From: Nostoc sp.
GTDB lineage: Bacteria; Cyanobacteriota; Cyanobacteriia; Cyanobacteriales; Nostocaceae
DNA: 64,000 nt
Direction: 5' to 3'
Assembly: GCA_036918135.1 (NCBI GenBank)
Contig: JBALDB010000007.1
Location: 393,340-457,339, forward strand
Shown here: one piece after another, positions 31,701 through 41,342 of the stretch
Layout: each line of letters begins with the position of its first letter
How positions within the stretch are numbered: position 1 is the stretch's first letter
Program-made: the position numbers and the translations under genes
Notes under the pieces: generated by a model
What the model saw: only the letters and a program-made list of their open reading frames with translations
Told to the model about the DNA's origin: nothing
Database searches by the model: none

Positions 31701-34700
31701 TTTGATTGGGCATAAGTCTTCGGTCACAAGCGTCGTCTTCAGCCGGGATGGTAAAACCATTGCCACAGCTAGTAAAGATAAGACTGTCAAACTTTGGGAT
31801 TTACAAGGCAAAGAACTGACAAAAACCCCTCTCAAGTATGATGCAGCAGTCACAAGCGTCGCCTTCAGCCCCGATAGCAAAACCATTGTCACAGTTAGTG
31901 AAGATAATACTGTTACACTTTGGAATTCACAAAGCAAAGAACTGACAAAAACCCCTCTTAAGCACGATGCAACAGTCACAAGCGTCGCCTTCAGCCCCGA
32001 TAGCAAAACCATTGCCACAGTTAGTGAAGATAAGACTGTTACACTTTGGAATTTACAAAGCAAAGAACTGACAAAAACCCCTCTCAAGCACGATGCAACA
32101 GTCACAAGCGTCGTCTTCAGCCCCGATAGCAAAACCATTGCCACAGTTAGTGAAGATAAGACTGTTACACTTTGGGATTTACAAGACAAAGAACTGACAA
32201 AAACCCCTCTCAAGCACGATGCAACAGTTACAAGCGTCGTCTTCAGCCCCGATGGCAAAACCATTGCCACAGTTAGTAAAGGTAATACTGTCAAACTTTG
32301 GGATTTACAAAGCAAAGAACTGACAAAAACCCCTCTCAAGGACGATGCAGCAGTCACAAGCGTCGTTTTCAGCCCCGATGGTAAAACTATTATCACAGCA
32401 AGTGAAGATAATACTGTCAAACTTTGGGATTTACAGGGCAAAGAATTGACAAAATCTCTTCTCAAGCATGATGTAGCAATCACAAGCATCGTCTTCAGCC
32501 CCGATGGCGAAACTATTGCCACAGCTAGTAATGACAAAACTGTTAGACTTTGGGAGTTAAAAAATAAAAAACTGATACAACGCTCCTACAGGACTGATCA
32601 TAGTAGTGTAGTCTTCAGCCCCGATCGCAGCAAACCTATTCTCATAGATACTCAAGATAATACTGTCAAAGGTTGGCCTTTAAAGCGCGGACAAAAGTTA
32701 AAACAGTCCTTCAAGCATCAGGCCGATATTACAACTCTGGCTTTCAGTCCCGATAGCCAAACTATCGCTACAGGTACTGATGATAATACCGTCATCCTTT
32801 GGGATTTAGATGGCAATCAATTGCAAACCTTCAAAGGACATGAGGGTGATATCACAAGTCTAGCCTTCAGCCCCGACGGCGAAATCCTCGCCTCTGCTAG
32901 TAAAGATAATAACGTCATCCTCTGGAATTTAGGAGGAAAACTCCTGCAAACATTTACAGGACATCAAGCTGCTGTCACAAGCGTTACCTTTAGTCCTGAC
33001 GGTAAAAACATTGCCTCTGCTAGTAAAGACAATACTGTTCAACTTTGGGATCTAGGGGGCAAAATGCTGCAAACTTTCAGGGAACATAACTATACAGTTA
33101 ACAGCGTGGCTTTTAGCCCTGATAGTAACACCCTTGCCTCTGCTAGTGAAGATAAAACCGTTAAACTTTGGGATTTAAAAGCTAATTTCCTGCCAATCTG
33201 GAATCAATATTCAGCAAGGGTTACAATTCCAGGAGAACGGGCAGCGTTCACAAGTGTAGTTTTTCCTGCCAATGTCGGTTCTAACAGCCGCAGATGTCAG
33301 CTCCTCGCTGCTGGTAGTGAAGACAATATTACTCAACTTTGGGATTTAAGGGAAAATAAGCCGCACATTTGGGATTTAGGGCAAAATAAGCCGCAAACCT
33401 TCACAGGGCATAAATATGCAGTTACAAGTGTGGCTATAAGTCCAGATTGTCAAACTCTAGCATCTGCAAGCGTTGATAATACCATCATCCTTTGGAATTT
33501 AAGTACTAAAAAACAGCAAGTTTTCAGAGGACATCAGGCTGCTGTCACCAGCGTCGCCTTCAGCCACGACGGCAAAACTCTAGCCTCTGGTAGTGACGAC
33601 AAAACCATCATCCTTTGGGATTTAAAAGGGAATAAACAGCAAGTCTTCAGAGGACATCAAGCTGCTGTCACCAGCGTCGCCTTCAGTCCCGACGGTTATA
33701 GCCTAGCCTCTGGAAGTCTTGATAATAGTGTTATCGTCTGGAATTTCAAGGGCAAAAAACTGCAAACCTTCACAGGACACCAGGCTGCTGTCACCAGCGT
33801 CGCCTTCAGTCCCGATGGCAAAACCTTGGCTTCTGGGAGTGACGACCATACCATCAAACTCTGGGATCTAAAAGGTAAGCACATCCTCGAAGAACATCGG
33901 GATACTATAAATAGAGTCGCCTTCAGTCCTAATGGCGAAACTCTCGCTTCTGCAAGTGAAGACAATAGTATCAAACTCTGGGATTTAAAGGGTCATCTCC
34001 TCAAAACGCTCAAAAACCATCTTTCAGGGAATGAAGCTCCGGTTACAGATATAGTTTTTAGCCACGATGGTAAAAATCTGGTTTCTGTAAGCGAAGATGG
34101 TACTATCAAACTCTGGAATTTAGATCGTCTCGATCCTGTCCTCATAACCTTTCCAAAAGATACAGTTTTAAGCCCTGATAAGCAAACTTTGGCTTTTGTG
34201 AGTGCAGACAAAACTATCAAAATCTGGAATTTAAAAGGTCATCTGCTCACAACCCTCAAACAGCATAACGAAGAGATTACACATATAGTTTTAAGCCCTG
34301 ATAAGCAAACTTTGGCTTTTGTGAGTGCAGACAAAACTATCAAAATTTGGGATTTAAAAGGTCATCTCCTCACAACTCTCAAACAGCAGAAGCAAAAGAT
34401 TACAGATATAGTTTTTAGCTCCGATAGTAAAAATTTGGTTTCTGTGAGTGCAGATGATAGCGTCATCCTGTGGGATTTAAAAGGCAAGGAACTCAAGGCT
34501 TTCAACGGGCATAACAATAAGGTTAAAAATATAGTTCTTAGTCCTGATGGAAAAACTTTTGCCTCTGTGAGTAAAGATAATACTATCAAACTCTGGGGTT
34601 TAGAAAGTAATCTCTTCGCAACCTTCAAAGGGCATAAGGCAGAGGTTCTATTTATAATTTTTACCGACGATGGTAAAAATCTGCTTTCTGTGAGTGCAGA

Positions 34701-35106
34701 CTATACAGCAATCCTGTGGGATTTAAAGGGCAATCAATTATACACCTTCAAAGCAAATGGAGATGATGGGACAGATTTAGTTTTTAGTCCCGATGGCAAA
34801 ACTTTTGCCTTAGCCAGTGAAGACAAGACTATCAAACTCTGGGATTTGCAGGGTCATCTAGTCAGAACTTTAATAGGACATGAGGCTGGGGTTAAAAGTA
34901 TAGCTTTTAGTCCTAACGGGTACACTCTCGCGTCTGGTAGCGCAGATAATAAGGTCATTTTATGGGATATCAATCACTTAAGTATGGATGCACTTTTAGA
35001 TAGTCTGATGGTAAGTGCTTGCAATTCGGTTAGGGATTATCTCCATAATAACCAACAGGTACAAGAGAGCGATAGAGGTCTGTGCGATGGTATTGGTACT
35101 AATTAA
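28759..35106 (+). CDS. CHAT (caspase-like) + STAND P-loop NTPase + TM + WD40-repeat protein
   Basis: LLHFVSH and FLSTCES; CPFLGL..FFGRE, GASGSGKSS, VIDQFEELF, TMRADF, AHEAL; TM IFGGAVVVLITTALGVIAF; more than 20 WD40 repeats. Confidence 0.9.
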   Translation: MNTFEINIQRKSGSNWPIVVEHSRPGELLSSRSEGILKLSLEDFEQLTSKLRQPKDYGIFLGQALFREEIRDAFVSALRNSQETLRVLLFIEAEDKELRTLRWERLCGNIDDGWHLLSLEQRTPFSLYIPAITDRRFPPIGRRDLRALILVANPSETERFKLDSFDVEAAVQSVRQSLGVIPSDVLATVEGAIGLPTLDELCLRLTDRTKQYTLLHFVSHSRVIDGGETVLYWAKADNKVDPVTGTRLIERLRTLRGTKGLPHFTFLSTCESASPEAEAALGGLGQRLVRDLGMPAVIAMTEKVTVKTALALCGKFYEQLNKSGEVDLALQEAAASLAERQDITVPALFSRLGGRPLFSDQLDRDLTNTEIEYGLKRLQVFVAERSPILQSKLEPPAGKLTNLLNTDFKGMSKQAQQERKQALEDVNNLSQAVLDLSFNAVALDREPPIYDARCPFLGLYPFRVENRKFFFGRERLITQLQQKLAKDNFLAIFGASGSGKSSVVLAGLIPALIEKQPDLMMAYMTPSSNPIEQLQASFLEVQNHSSILVIDQFEELFTLCTDEDRRTLFIEKLLFIIQQQKVVITMRADFWGECASYPQLKELMQSRQELIGPMDSAELRKAMEMQAAQVGLRFEAGLSNSILDDVQGEPGAMPLLQHALLELWKRRHGRWLRTVEYEAIGGVNMAIAQTADAFYDSCTPEEQEQVKNIFVRLTRLDDSAQEGQKRRDTRRRVWLDELIPTFSAQTLIKQLLKRLAGEGARLVVTSVDSATQREEVEVAHEALIRYWPRLLNWLDENRSLLLLREKIRQEALEWDNNKKDESYLVRQGGRLEAARELLQKSNFLNILEANYLQVCVELCDRQKQEQETRRRREIRTKRTIFGGAVVVLITTALGVIAFTKGLEAELTKADSLRQSSLLFSKSHKNLQALTDGIKSANILKNSKFWTTISGVIIKNKNQVDSQSKVIAALQQAIDGVQARNYLIGHKSSVTSVVFSRDGKTIATASKDKTVKLWDLQGKELTKTPLKYDAAVTSVAFSPDSKTIVTVSEDNTVTLWNSQSKELTKTPLKHDATVTSVAFSPDSKTIATVSEDKTVTLWNLQSKELTKTPLKHDATVTSVVFSPDSKTIATVSEDKTVTLWDLQDKELTKTPLKHDATVTSVVFSPDGKTIATVSKGNTVKLWDLQSKELTKTPLKDDAAVTSVVFSPDGKTIITASEDNTVKLWDLQGKELTKSLLKHDVAITSIVFSPDGETIATASNDKTVRLWELKNKKLIQRSYRTDHSSVVFSPDRSKPILIDTQDNTVKGWPLKRGQKLKQSFKHQADITTLAFSPDSQTIATGTDDNTVILWDLDGNQLQTFKGHEGDITSLAFSPDGEILASASKDNNVILWNLGGKLLQTFTGHQAAVTSVTFSPDGKNIASASKDNTVQLWDLGGKMLQTFREHNYTVNSVAFSPDSNTLASASEDKTVKLWDLKANFLPIWNQYSARVTIPGERAAFTSVVFPANVGSNSRRCQLLAAGSEDNITQLWDLRENKPHIWDLGQNKPQTFTGHKYAVTSVAISPDCQTLASASVDNTIILWNLSTKKQQVFRGHQAAVTSVAFSHDGKTLASGSDDKTIILWDLKGNKQQVFRGHQAAVTSVAFSPDGYSLASGSLDNSVIVWNFKGKKLQTFTGHQAAVTSVAFSPDGKTLASGSDDHTIKLWDLKGKHILEEHRDTINRVAFSPNGETLASASEDNSIKLWDLKGHLLKTLKNHLSGNEAPVTDIVFSHDGKNLVSVSEDGTIKLWNLDRLDPVLITFPKDTVLSPDKQTLAFVSADKTIKIWNLKGHLLTTLKQHNEEITHIVLSPDKQTLAFVSADKTIKIWDLKGHLLTTLKQQKQKITDIVFSSDSKNLVSVSADDSVILWDLKGKELKAFNGHNNKVKNIVLSPDGKTFASVSKDNTIKLWGLESNLFATFKGHKAEVLFIIFTDDGKNLLSVSADYTAILWDLKGNQLYTFKANGDDGTDLVFSPDGKTFALASEDKTIKLWDLQGHLVRTLIGHEAGVKSIAFSPNGYTLASGSADNKVILWDINHLSMDALLDSLMVSACNSVRDYLHNNQQVQESDRGLCDGIGTN
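31723..32560 (+). repeat. About 7 near-identical 126-nt (42-aa) WD40 tandem units
   Basis: GTCACAAGCGTCG-like unit starts at 31723, 31849, 31975, 32101, 32227, 32353, 32479. Confidence 0.92.
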
Positions 35107-35488
35107 TCTTTTGGGCTTAGTTTCAGGCTTTGATTTATTCCCTTAATAATAAATACATACCCGCTGTAGGGGTTTAGCAATATTACATATTGCTAAATAT
35201 GTATATTATTATACACAGATATTAAGTGTTGTCCGTTAATGCGTAAGTCCTAGTATCTCGTATTTCGGCTCAATACCAACTTTACCCGATAGAATGAATC
35301 CATTGGATGAAGCATAAATACTCTAACTGATGGTAATCTAATATTGTTGAATTAAATTAAATAATAACTTTAGTTTTCCAGACTTTTGTTTTTCAGACAA
35401 TAGAAACTAAGTCATTAGCAATTAAGACTTGATTATAGTTTAAGTAAGTTGTAGAAAAAATAGTTAACTTTTTTACAGGAGAAGTAGG

Positions 35489-36193
35489 GTGCTTAACAAC
35501 TTTTATCGGTTCTTATCCCCCGTTCAGTGGGGAATTTCCCTTACGGGCTTAGGCTTACTTCTCGCTTTGGGCTTTATTGGCAAGCAGACCGAAGTCTCAT
35601 TCACAAATGCTCCATTATCATCGGCTCACATTCATAAAAGCTCTGAAACTTCTCTTTTGGCAAGACTCAGACAAATTCGAGAGCAGAGAAATCAACTACA
35701 AACAGCTTCTGCGAATAGAGAGTTTGGGCATAACACAAAAACAGCATCTACAACCACAGCGCTGGTTCCAGATGCTCAAGCGGCTACAAAAGGCATAGAA
35801 GTTTTACCAAGAGCGAATTTTCCCACAAAAGATGGGATTTATCTTTATGGTCAATCGCCAAAAGCAGACCAACTTGGTCAAGCTTACATCATATTTCAGA
35901 AGCAGCGGGACAGAGTGACTGGTGCTTTGTATATGCCTCAATCTGAGTTTAATTGTTTTCAGGGTACACTCGACCAGTCGGGAGAGTTGGCAATGACGGT
36001 TAGTGGTTCATCGAATGAAACCAGTTCTGATGAGTCCGATCGAGTGGCTGCAAGTAATAGACTGCCTAAGGTCGGTGAAGATGAGCTAGAGACTTATGCT
36101 TACTCGGTAGCTTTGCAAGATTTTCATCGGTTAAATTCTATCAGTGCTAGCGATCGCCGCATATTACAAATGTGCAAATCATCTTTTAGTTAA
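35489..36193 (+). CDS. Hypothetical membrane-anchored/secreted protein
   Basis: 234-aa ORF, N-terminal hydrophobic segment, DGIYLYGQS..GALYMPQSEFNCF; GGAG RBS. Confidence 0.7.
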   Translation: MLNNFYRFLSPVQWGISLTGLGLLLALGFIGKQTEVSFTNAPLSSAHIHKSSETSLLARLRQIREQRNQLQTASANREFGHNTKTASTTTALVPDAQAATKGIEVLPRANFPTKDGIYLYGQSPKADQLGQAYIIFQKQRDRVTGALYMPQSEFNCFQGTLDQSGELAMTVSGSSNETSSDESDRVAASNRLPKVGEDELETYAYSVALQDFHRLNSISASDRRILQMCKSSFS

Positions 36194-36867
36194 TACTCAA
36201 TTCCTGGTTGTGCTTTCACACCTTGATCGCGGAAAGGATGCTTAACTAGAGTCATCTCTGTGACTAAATCAGCATGTTCGATTAATGCAGCTGGTGCGCC
36301 TCGACCTGTGAGAATAACATGTTTATTAGCTGGTTTTTCTGCCAAACCTGCTAAAACTTCTTCTACTTGTAAATAAGCCATTTTGAGAGCGATATTGATT
36401 TCATCTAATAGCACTAAATGAAAGTCTGGGTTGCGGATGTATTCTAATGATTTTTGCCATGCAGCGCTAGCTTTGTCGAGGTCGCGATCGCGGTCTTGAG
36501 TCTCCCACGTAAAGCCTTCGCCCATTGCATGAAATTCTATCTGGTCTTCCCAGTAACTAAAAACTCTTTTTTCCGAAGGTTCCCAGCTACCTTTGATAAA
36601 TTGGACGATCGCTACTTTATACCCGTGACCGAGCGATCGTAACACCATCCCCAAAGCCGCAGTAGTTTTACCCTTACCATTACCAGTATTTACAATAATT
36701 AACCCTTTTTCTGGTAAAGCTTGTGCTATTCGCTTCTCCTGCACTTCTTTGCGTCGCTGCATCTTTTTGCGATACTGTTCATCAGTCAGAGATGAGGACA
36801 TAACTTCATCAATCAAGCGCTCAATCTCTCGATCTTGGTTCAATTCTTGTGGTGTGTTGTTTTTCAT
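36190..36867 (-). CDS. cobO: Cob(I)yrinic acid a,c-diamide adenosyltransferase
   Basis: TGNGKGKTTAA, QFIKG, GEGFTW, LDEI, LTGR, ADLVTEM, KHPF. Confidence 0.96.
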   Translation of the reverse strand: MKNNTPQELNQDREIERLIDEVMSSSLTDEQYRKKMQRRKEVQEKRIAQALPEKGLIIVNTGNGKGKTTAALGMVLRSLGHGYKVAIVQFIKGSWEPSEKRVFSYWEDQIEFHAMGEGFTWETQDRDRDLDKASAAWQKSLEYIRNPDFHLVLLDEINIALKMAYLQVEEVLAGLAEKPANKHVILTGRGAPAALIEHADLVTEMTLVKHPFRDQGVKAQPGIEY

Positions 36868-37358
36868 TAACCTTGTGTACAAATAACTGTTAAAACTTTC
36901 GAGAATCAGGTGAAACTATCTTGCTTGTCTAATTTTACTAAATCAGATAATTGGATATATTTAGTAAGATTTCACGCCAAATATTGCTCTGTGTGAGATT
37001 TTTTTACATGTTCTGGCAAACAAGTATACAAAAATATATAATATACAAATTTAAGTTATAATTTAAGTTCAATATTATTATTTTTAATAATTTAATTACG
37101 TTGCTTAAAGCAGTTTATTCAATAAATTTTGTCTGTAACTTTGACAGGTCAGTTGGGTAGGATAAAGACAAGCGGGATTCCGATTTGATTTTTGAACAAA
37201 ATTAGGTAGTGTAGGGTGCGTTAGGATGAAATCTGTAACGCACGGTTGTTTGAGATTTTGTAGCGTACTAAATATTACAGCATGAGTTTCAATACCGTAA
37301 ACTTAATGAAATGTAAATAATATTTTCACCTTTTATTTGACAATCTCATAAATTTAAT

Positions 37359-37895
37359 ATGAATAGTAACACTCGTTTACAAATGATTTTAGCTGATACA
37401 CCTATTAATAAAGTATTACCTGCGATCGCTCAATTAAATTTACCTAACTGGTGGTTAGCCGGGGGTGCAGTCAGAAACACAGTTTGGCGTTCAATTTTTG
37501 GTGATAATTGTGGGTTAGGTATTAAAGATTTTGACATTGCGTTTTTTGATATTCAAGAAAACCGTTCCCAGGAACTAGCAGCAAAAGCAAGCCTTACAGA
37601 AAAATTTCCTCATGACCAATTTGATGTCAAAAACCAAGCCAGTTTTGCTCGTTGGCGGCTTGGGGCAAGACCGTATACTAGTACAGAGGATGGCATCGCA
37701 GATTGGTTGCACACTGCTACTGCTGTAGGAGTTCGATTAGATGCACAAGGCCAATGGCAATTTTTCACTCCCTATGGTTTGGATGACCTATTCGATGGGA
37801 TTATTCGACCGACACCAGCCCATACTCATAATGTTGATGCCCACAATAAAGCGTCTGGATTTTTACAAAAGTGTCCTTATTTGCAGTTAGCCTAA
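37359..37895 (+). CDS. Nucleotidyltransferase-family protein (DUF925-like)
   Basis: AGGAVRNTVW, KDFDIAFFD, VKNQA, PYGLDDLF. Confidence 0.82.
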   Translation: MNSNTRLQMILADTPINKVLPAIAQLNLPNWWLAGGAVRNTVWRSIFGDNCGLGIKDFDIAFFDIQENRSQELAAKASLTEKFPHDQFDVKNQASFARWRLGARPYTSTEDGIADWLHTATAVGVRLDAQGQWQFFTPYGLDDLFDGIIRPTPAHTHNVDAHNKASGFLQKCPYLQLA

Positions 37896-38298
37896 TTGTG
37901 TGCAGACATAGTGAGCGCAATTAATATGTAAAATTTTAATCATTGCCAACAACCGAATACGTTCAGCAGTAGCATGAATAAGGCATCTGGAACGATACCA
38001 CAATCTTTTAATACCTTTGACCGCAAACCAATAAACTACAGCCTATAAGCAAGATTGTCAGTCTCAGTAAAAGCTTGACAAATTAATACTTTTTTAGTAC
38101 ATTTATACTATAAAAAATTTTCATGTTGGATAAAACTTTAATACTCCCCGACTACGCCAACAGGAGAGCATAAAATAAATGAGACTATCTCGGTAAATTC
38201 TAGCTATTTGAGCAAATTTTAACAATAGCAAGCGAACATAGGTCAGCAGTGTTTTGTTCAGCGAAAATAGAAAAAGCCCACATAATATTGACGCAATT

Positions 38299-38787
38299 AT
38301 GACAACTACACTTGCCTCTCGTATTAAACCAAGAGCTGAAGATAGTTTTGCCATTAGGTTTGCACCATTGTCTTTGGAAGAGATATACTCCAAGTCTGAC
38401 GATCCAGCTAATGGTGCCGTAGTTGTGATGAGTGGAATGGTTCGCAATCAAACCGATGGTAAACCTGTGGTTGCTCTAGAGTATCAAGCTTACGAACCGA
38501 TGGCATTGCAGATATTCTATCAAATTGCTGCTGATATTCGTTTATCTGCATCTGATGTCAATCGAGTAGCAATTCATCATCGTATTGGACGTTTAACAGT
38601 TGGTGAAATCAGCGTCTTAGTAGCAGTGGGTTGTCCTCACCGCAGTGAAGCGTTTGAAGCTTGCCGCTATGCTATTGATACTCTCAAACACAATGCACCT
38701 ATATGGAAGAAAGAACACTGGCAAGATGGTTCTAGCTGCTGGGTAAGTATTGGTGCTTGCGAACAGTTAGGAGAAAATTGTTCTTAG
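38299..38787 (+). CDS. moaE: Molybdopterin synthase catalytic subunit
   Basis: GMVRN, LEYQAYEPMA, HRIG, PHRSEAF, APIWKKE. Confidence 0.95.
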   Translation: MTTTLASRIKPRAEDSFAIRFAPLSLEEIYSKSDDPANGAVVVMSGMVRNQTDGKPVVALEYQAYEPMALQIFYQIAADIRLSASDVNRVAIHHRIGRLTVGEISVLVAVGCPHRSEAFEACRYAIDTLKHNAPIWKKEHWQDGSSCWVSIGACEQLGENCS

Positions 38788-38967
38788 ATAATTAGGCATG
38801 GGGCATTGGAAGTGCCCAGTAGTGAGTCACTGTTTGCCCTTAGGAGAACCTCAGATGTCTTGGACAACCCCCAAAGCATCTACAACCTAAGCCGCCTAGT
38901 CGTGACTTCTGGCACTCGTTAGCAGTTAAAAATTATTGTCTCCTCTGCCCCTTTTGTTTGAAGTCGG

Positions 38968-39810
38968 TTACTTACAATAATCTTTAGCAGTTTGAGTGGA
39001 ATGAACGCTCACTTGTGACCATTCTTTAACCACAAATTCGCTTAAACCAACATGAGGCGATCGCTTGGCGTCGAGTGTTTGCCAATCACTTTGATTTCCC
39101 CAATCGTAAGTATATCCCAGTTGTGTCCAGGGATAATGAACAACTGTGGCTGAGCCATTAGTTGGTGAACCGTAGCGGCTTTTTAATTGCTGGGTAAACC
39201 AATCTTGATAGCTGCTTGAAATCGACTCAAAGGCGTTTGCTAAAGGAAATTCCAGTTCTGCCTCACTGTCAGTAATGTTAGGATCTTTAGTGGGACGAAA
39301 AAGCGATCGCGGCTCTACCCAAAGTTCAACAATATATCTGTTCGTAGTTCCGGAATCCGGAGGTAAACCCAAAACTTGGTTGAGCCGATATTCTAGAGAT
39401 GTTTGACTCGTTGGACGATAGGTTTTGCAGAATTTTTGTAAGTCTGGAGCAGCCGTAACCCATAAATCCCGGCTTAAAAGCATCAATTTACCCACATTAT
39501 CTGCATAGCCACGAAAGCTTGTCCAGGCTACTACTAAAACACGGCTCTTGTCCCATTTGAGATCGGAGTTATACCAGACAATCGGAGTTAGATTTCGATA
39601 GATTTTACGAGGTTCTGGGATTTTTGCATCTTCTACCGCATCCAAATACGCTTGTGGTAAGGGTGGTTGATTAGAAGCTTTTCCTGTGGTTGATTGTGCA
39701 ACAGATACACAATCAACAAAAGCTGCGGTAAGGCTGACAATAATAGCAGCATAAGGGAAAAATCGTTTCTTAGGGCGGTCGCCAGCCCGAACAACATTCA
39801 TTAATAGCAT
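38968..39810 (-). CDS. Secreted hypothetical protein
   Basis: Signal-like N-terminus; QVLGLPP, LFRP, YPWTQLGYTYDW, GLSEFV. Confidence 0.7.
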   Translation of the reverse strand: MLLMNVVRAGDRPKKRFFPYAAIIVSLTAAFVDCVSVAQSTTGKASNQPPLPQAYLDAVEDAKIPEPRKIYRNLTPIVWYNSDLKWDKSRVLVVAWTSFRGYADNVGKLMLLSRDLWVTAAPDLQKFCKTYRPTSQTSLEYRLNQVLGLPPDSGTTNRYIVELWVEPRSLFRPTKDPNITDSEAELEFPLANAFESISSSYQDWFTQQLKSRYGSPTNGSATVVHYPWTQLGYTYDWGNQSDWQTLDAKRSPHVGLSEFVVKEWSQVSVHSTQTAKDYCK

Positions 39811-40122
39811 TATTCTATTCAGTTTTGTGATTTAGCCAATATTAATTCGATAGCAGACAACCCTCCTGTTTGGTGTCAGAAACAACATTAGGAAGATAGT
39901 TCTAGCAACTGGCTGAGTATTGTTACTTGTGAAAATAAGATTGTCAATAGTTATTTGTCCCTTGTAATCACTCAGGACAAATAATAAATAATTATTTAGA
40001 TTTTTTTGTATTTGTTTACATCAACTGTTTGGTTATATTGAGGTTTGTAAATATTTTGTATTTCTGAAAGGAATATTCCTTTAGACTGAATTTTAATATT
40101 AAAAATCTGAGGATGAACACAA

Positions 40123-40443
40123 ATGCATTCGTTAAATATATTCTCTCAGGAATTTGTAGTTGCTGTTTCTTTTGTAGCTTGCATCCTTGGACTGGCCTTA
40201 CTGTGGGACAGTAAACAGCAAAAAAATGATTTGGAAGAAACAGAGCAAATTCTGTTTAGAATGAGCTTTTCTTATTGGTTGGTTTATTGTATAGCTTTTG
40301 GCATAGAAAAAATTATTTTACCCGAATGGGAATTCGTGTTAATGACCTTGAGAATAACTACCGCTCTGTCATATTTCTTAACTTTTTCTTGCGTCCTGAG
40401 TTTACCGCTACATAAATTTGCGGTACATCGTGTTGAGGAATAA
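40123..40443 (+). CDS. Small hypothetical membrane protein
   Basis: 106 aa, three hydrophobic segments, GAGG RBS. Confidence 0.65.
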   Translation: MHSLNIFSQEFVVAVSFVACILGLALLWDSKQQKNDLEETEQILFRMSFSYWLVYCIAFGIEKIILPEWEFVLMTLRITTALSYFLTFSCVLSLPLHKFAVHRVEE

Positions 40444-40566
40444 ATATAGGATATAGGGCATTGGGCATAGGGACTGGAGGATGAGGGAGATGGAAAGACG
40501 CAGCGACACTTTGACGCTCTGACGCGAGGACAAATGACTAATGACCAATTACTAATAACAAAATTA

Positions 40567-40884
40567 TCATTTTATAGCGATCGCTAATGCCATTTCCAAT
40601 TGTTCTTGGGTCAAAGTGGTTAAAATAAACACTTCTTGCACAGTTTTACCTAGTCGGGCGATGACTTTGTAGCCTCCGCGAATTGGTACTGACACGCGCA
40701 GTTGCATTTTTGGGCAATGACCTTTCACCCGCCCAATTACCCCTGGCGTCACAGTTTGGATGCCATCTTGCTGACACAAACGTTCTAAAATAGGGATCAG
40801 ACCAGAAAGATGGGTGGAGTGATTCCAAACTAGTCTGCCAGCTTTTTGTGATGTTCGGTCAGGATCTACGGTGGGTTTGCCCAT
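40567..40884 (-). CDS. DUF2103-family protein
   Basis: RLVWNHSTH..GLIP, TVTPGVI, ARLGKTVQEVF. Confidence 0.8.
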   Translation of the reverse strand: MGKPTVDPDRTSQKAGRLVWNHSTHLSGLIPILERLCQQDGIQTVTPGVIGRVKGHCPKMQLRVSVPIRGGYKVIARLGKTVQEVFILTTLTQEQLEMALAIAIK

Positions 40885-40889
40885 AATGA

Positions 40890-41183
40890 TTAAGCTGCTT
40901 CTAGAGGTGCCATTGTCAAACCTGCGCGGCGCAGCTGCTGGTGATATAGTTCCGCAGGTTCTTGGGGGCCAACCCAGACGATCGCTTGACCTTCATAGTG
41001 TACCTGATTAGTCAGATCCCAAGCGCGATCGCCACTCATTCCGGGAATATATTTCATCAAACATTCGGCCACATGCTGGAATGTATTAAAATCATCATTT
41101 AATACAATCACTTTGTAATTTGGATAAGTCTTAGGGGTAACTTGATTAGACCGTTCAGGAGCTACAGTTGGTGCTGTGGCCAT
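40890..41183 (-). CDS. clpS: Clp protease adaptor ClpS
   Basis: YKVIVLNDDFNTF, VHYEG, GLTMAPLE; start could be a few codons upstream. Confidence 0.93.
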   Translation of the reverse strand: MATAPTVAPERSNQVTPKTYPNYKVIVLNDDFNTFQHVAECLMKYIPGMSGDRAWDLTNQVHYEGQAIVWVGPQEPAELYHQQLRRAGLTMAPLEAA

Positions 41184-41342
41184 CCCGTAAACATCTGCTG
41201 AAAGTGTCATAACCATAAAACAATTAGTCAATAGGATTTTACAAAACTACATTATAAGTAACTAGTTTAATCTATTGTCTGTGTTCGTTGTCATTTGTCA
41301 TTTGCTAAAACTAATGACAAATGACTAATGAGTAATGACTGC

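Noticed and set aside
31698..32537. 279-aa antisense ORF, plus smaller ones at 33696-34628
   Set aside because: Shadow of the WD40 tandem repeats; no independent coding signal
31723..32560. Possible CRISPR array or DGR template/variable repeat
   Set aside because: Units are contiguous in-frame coding repeats with no unique spacers; no cas or reverse transcriptase gene in the window
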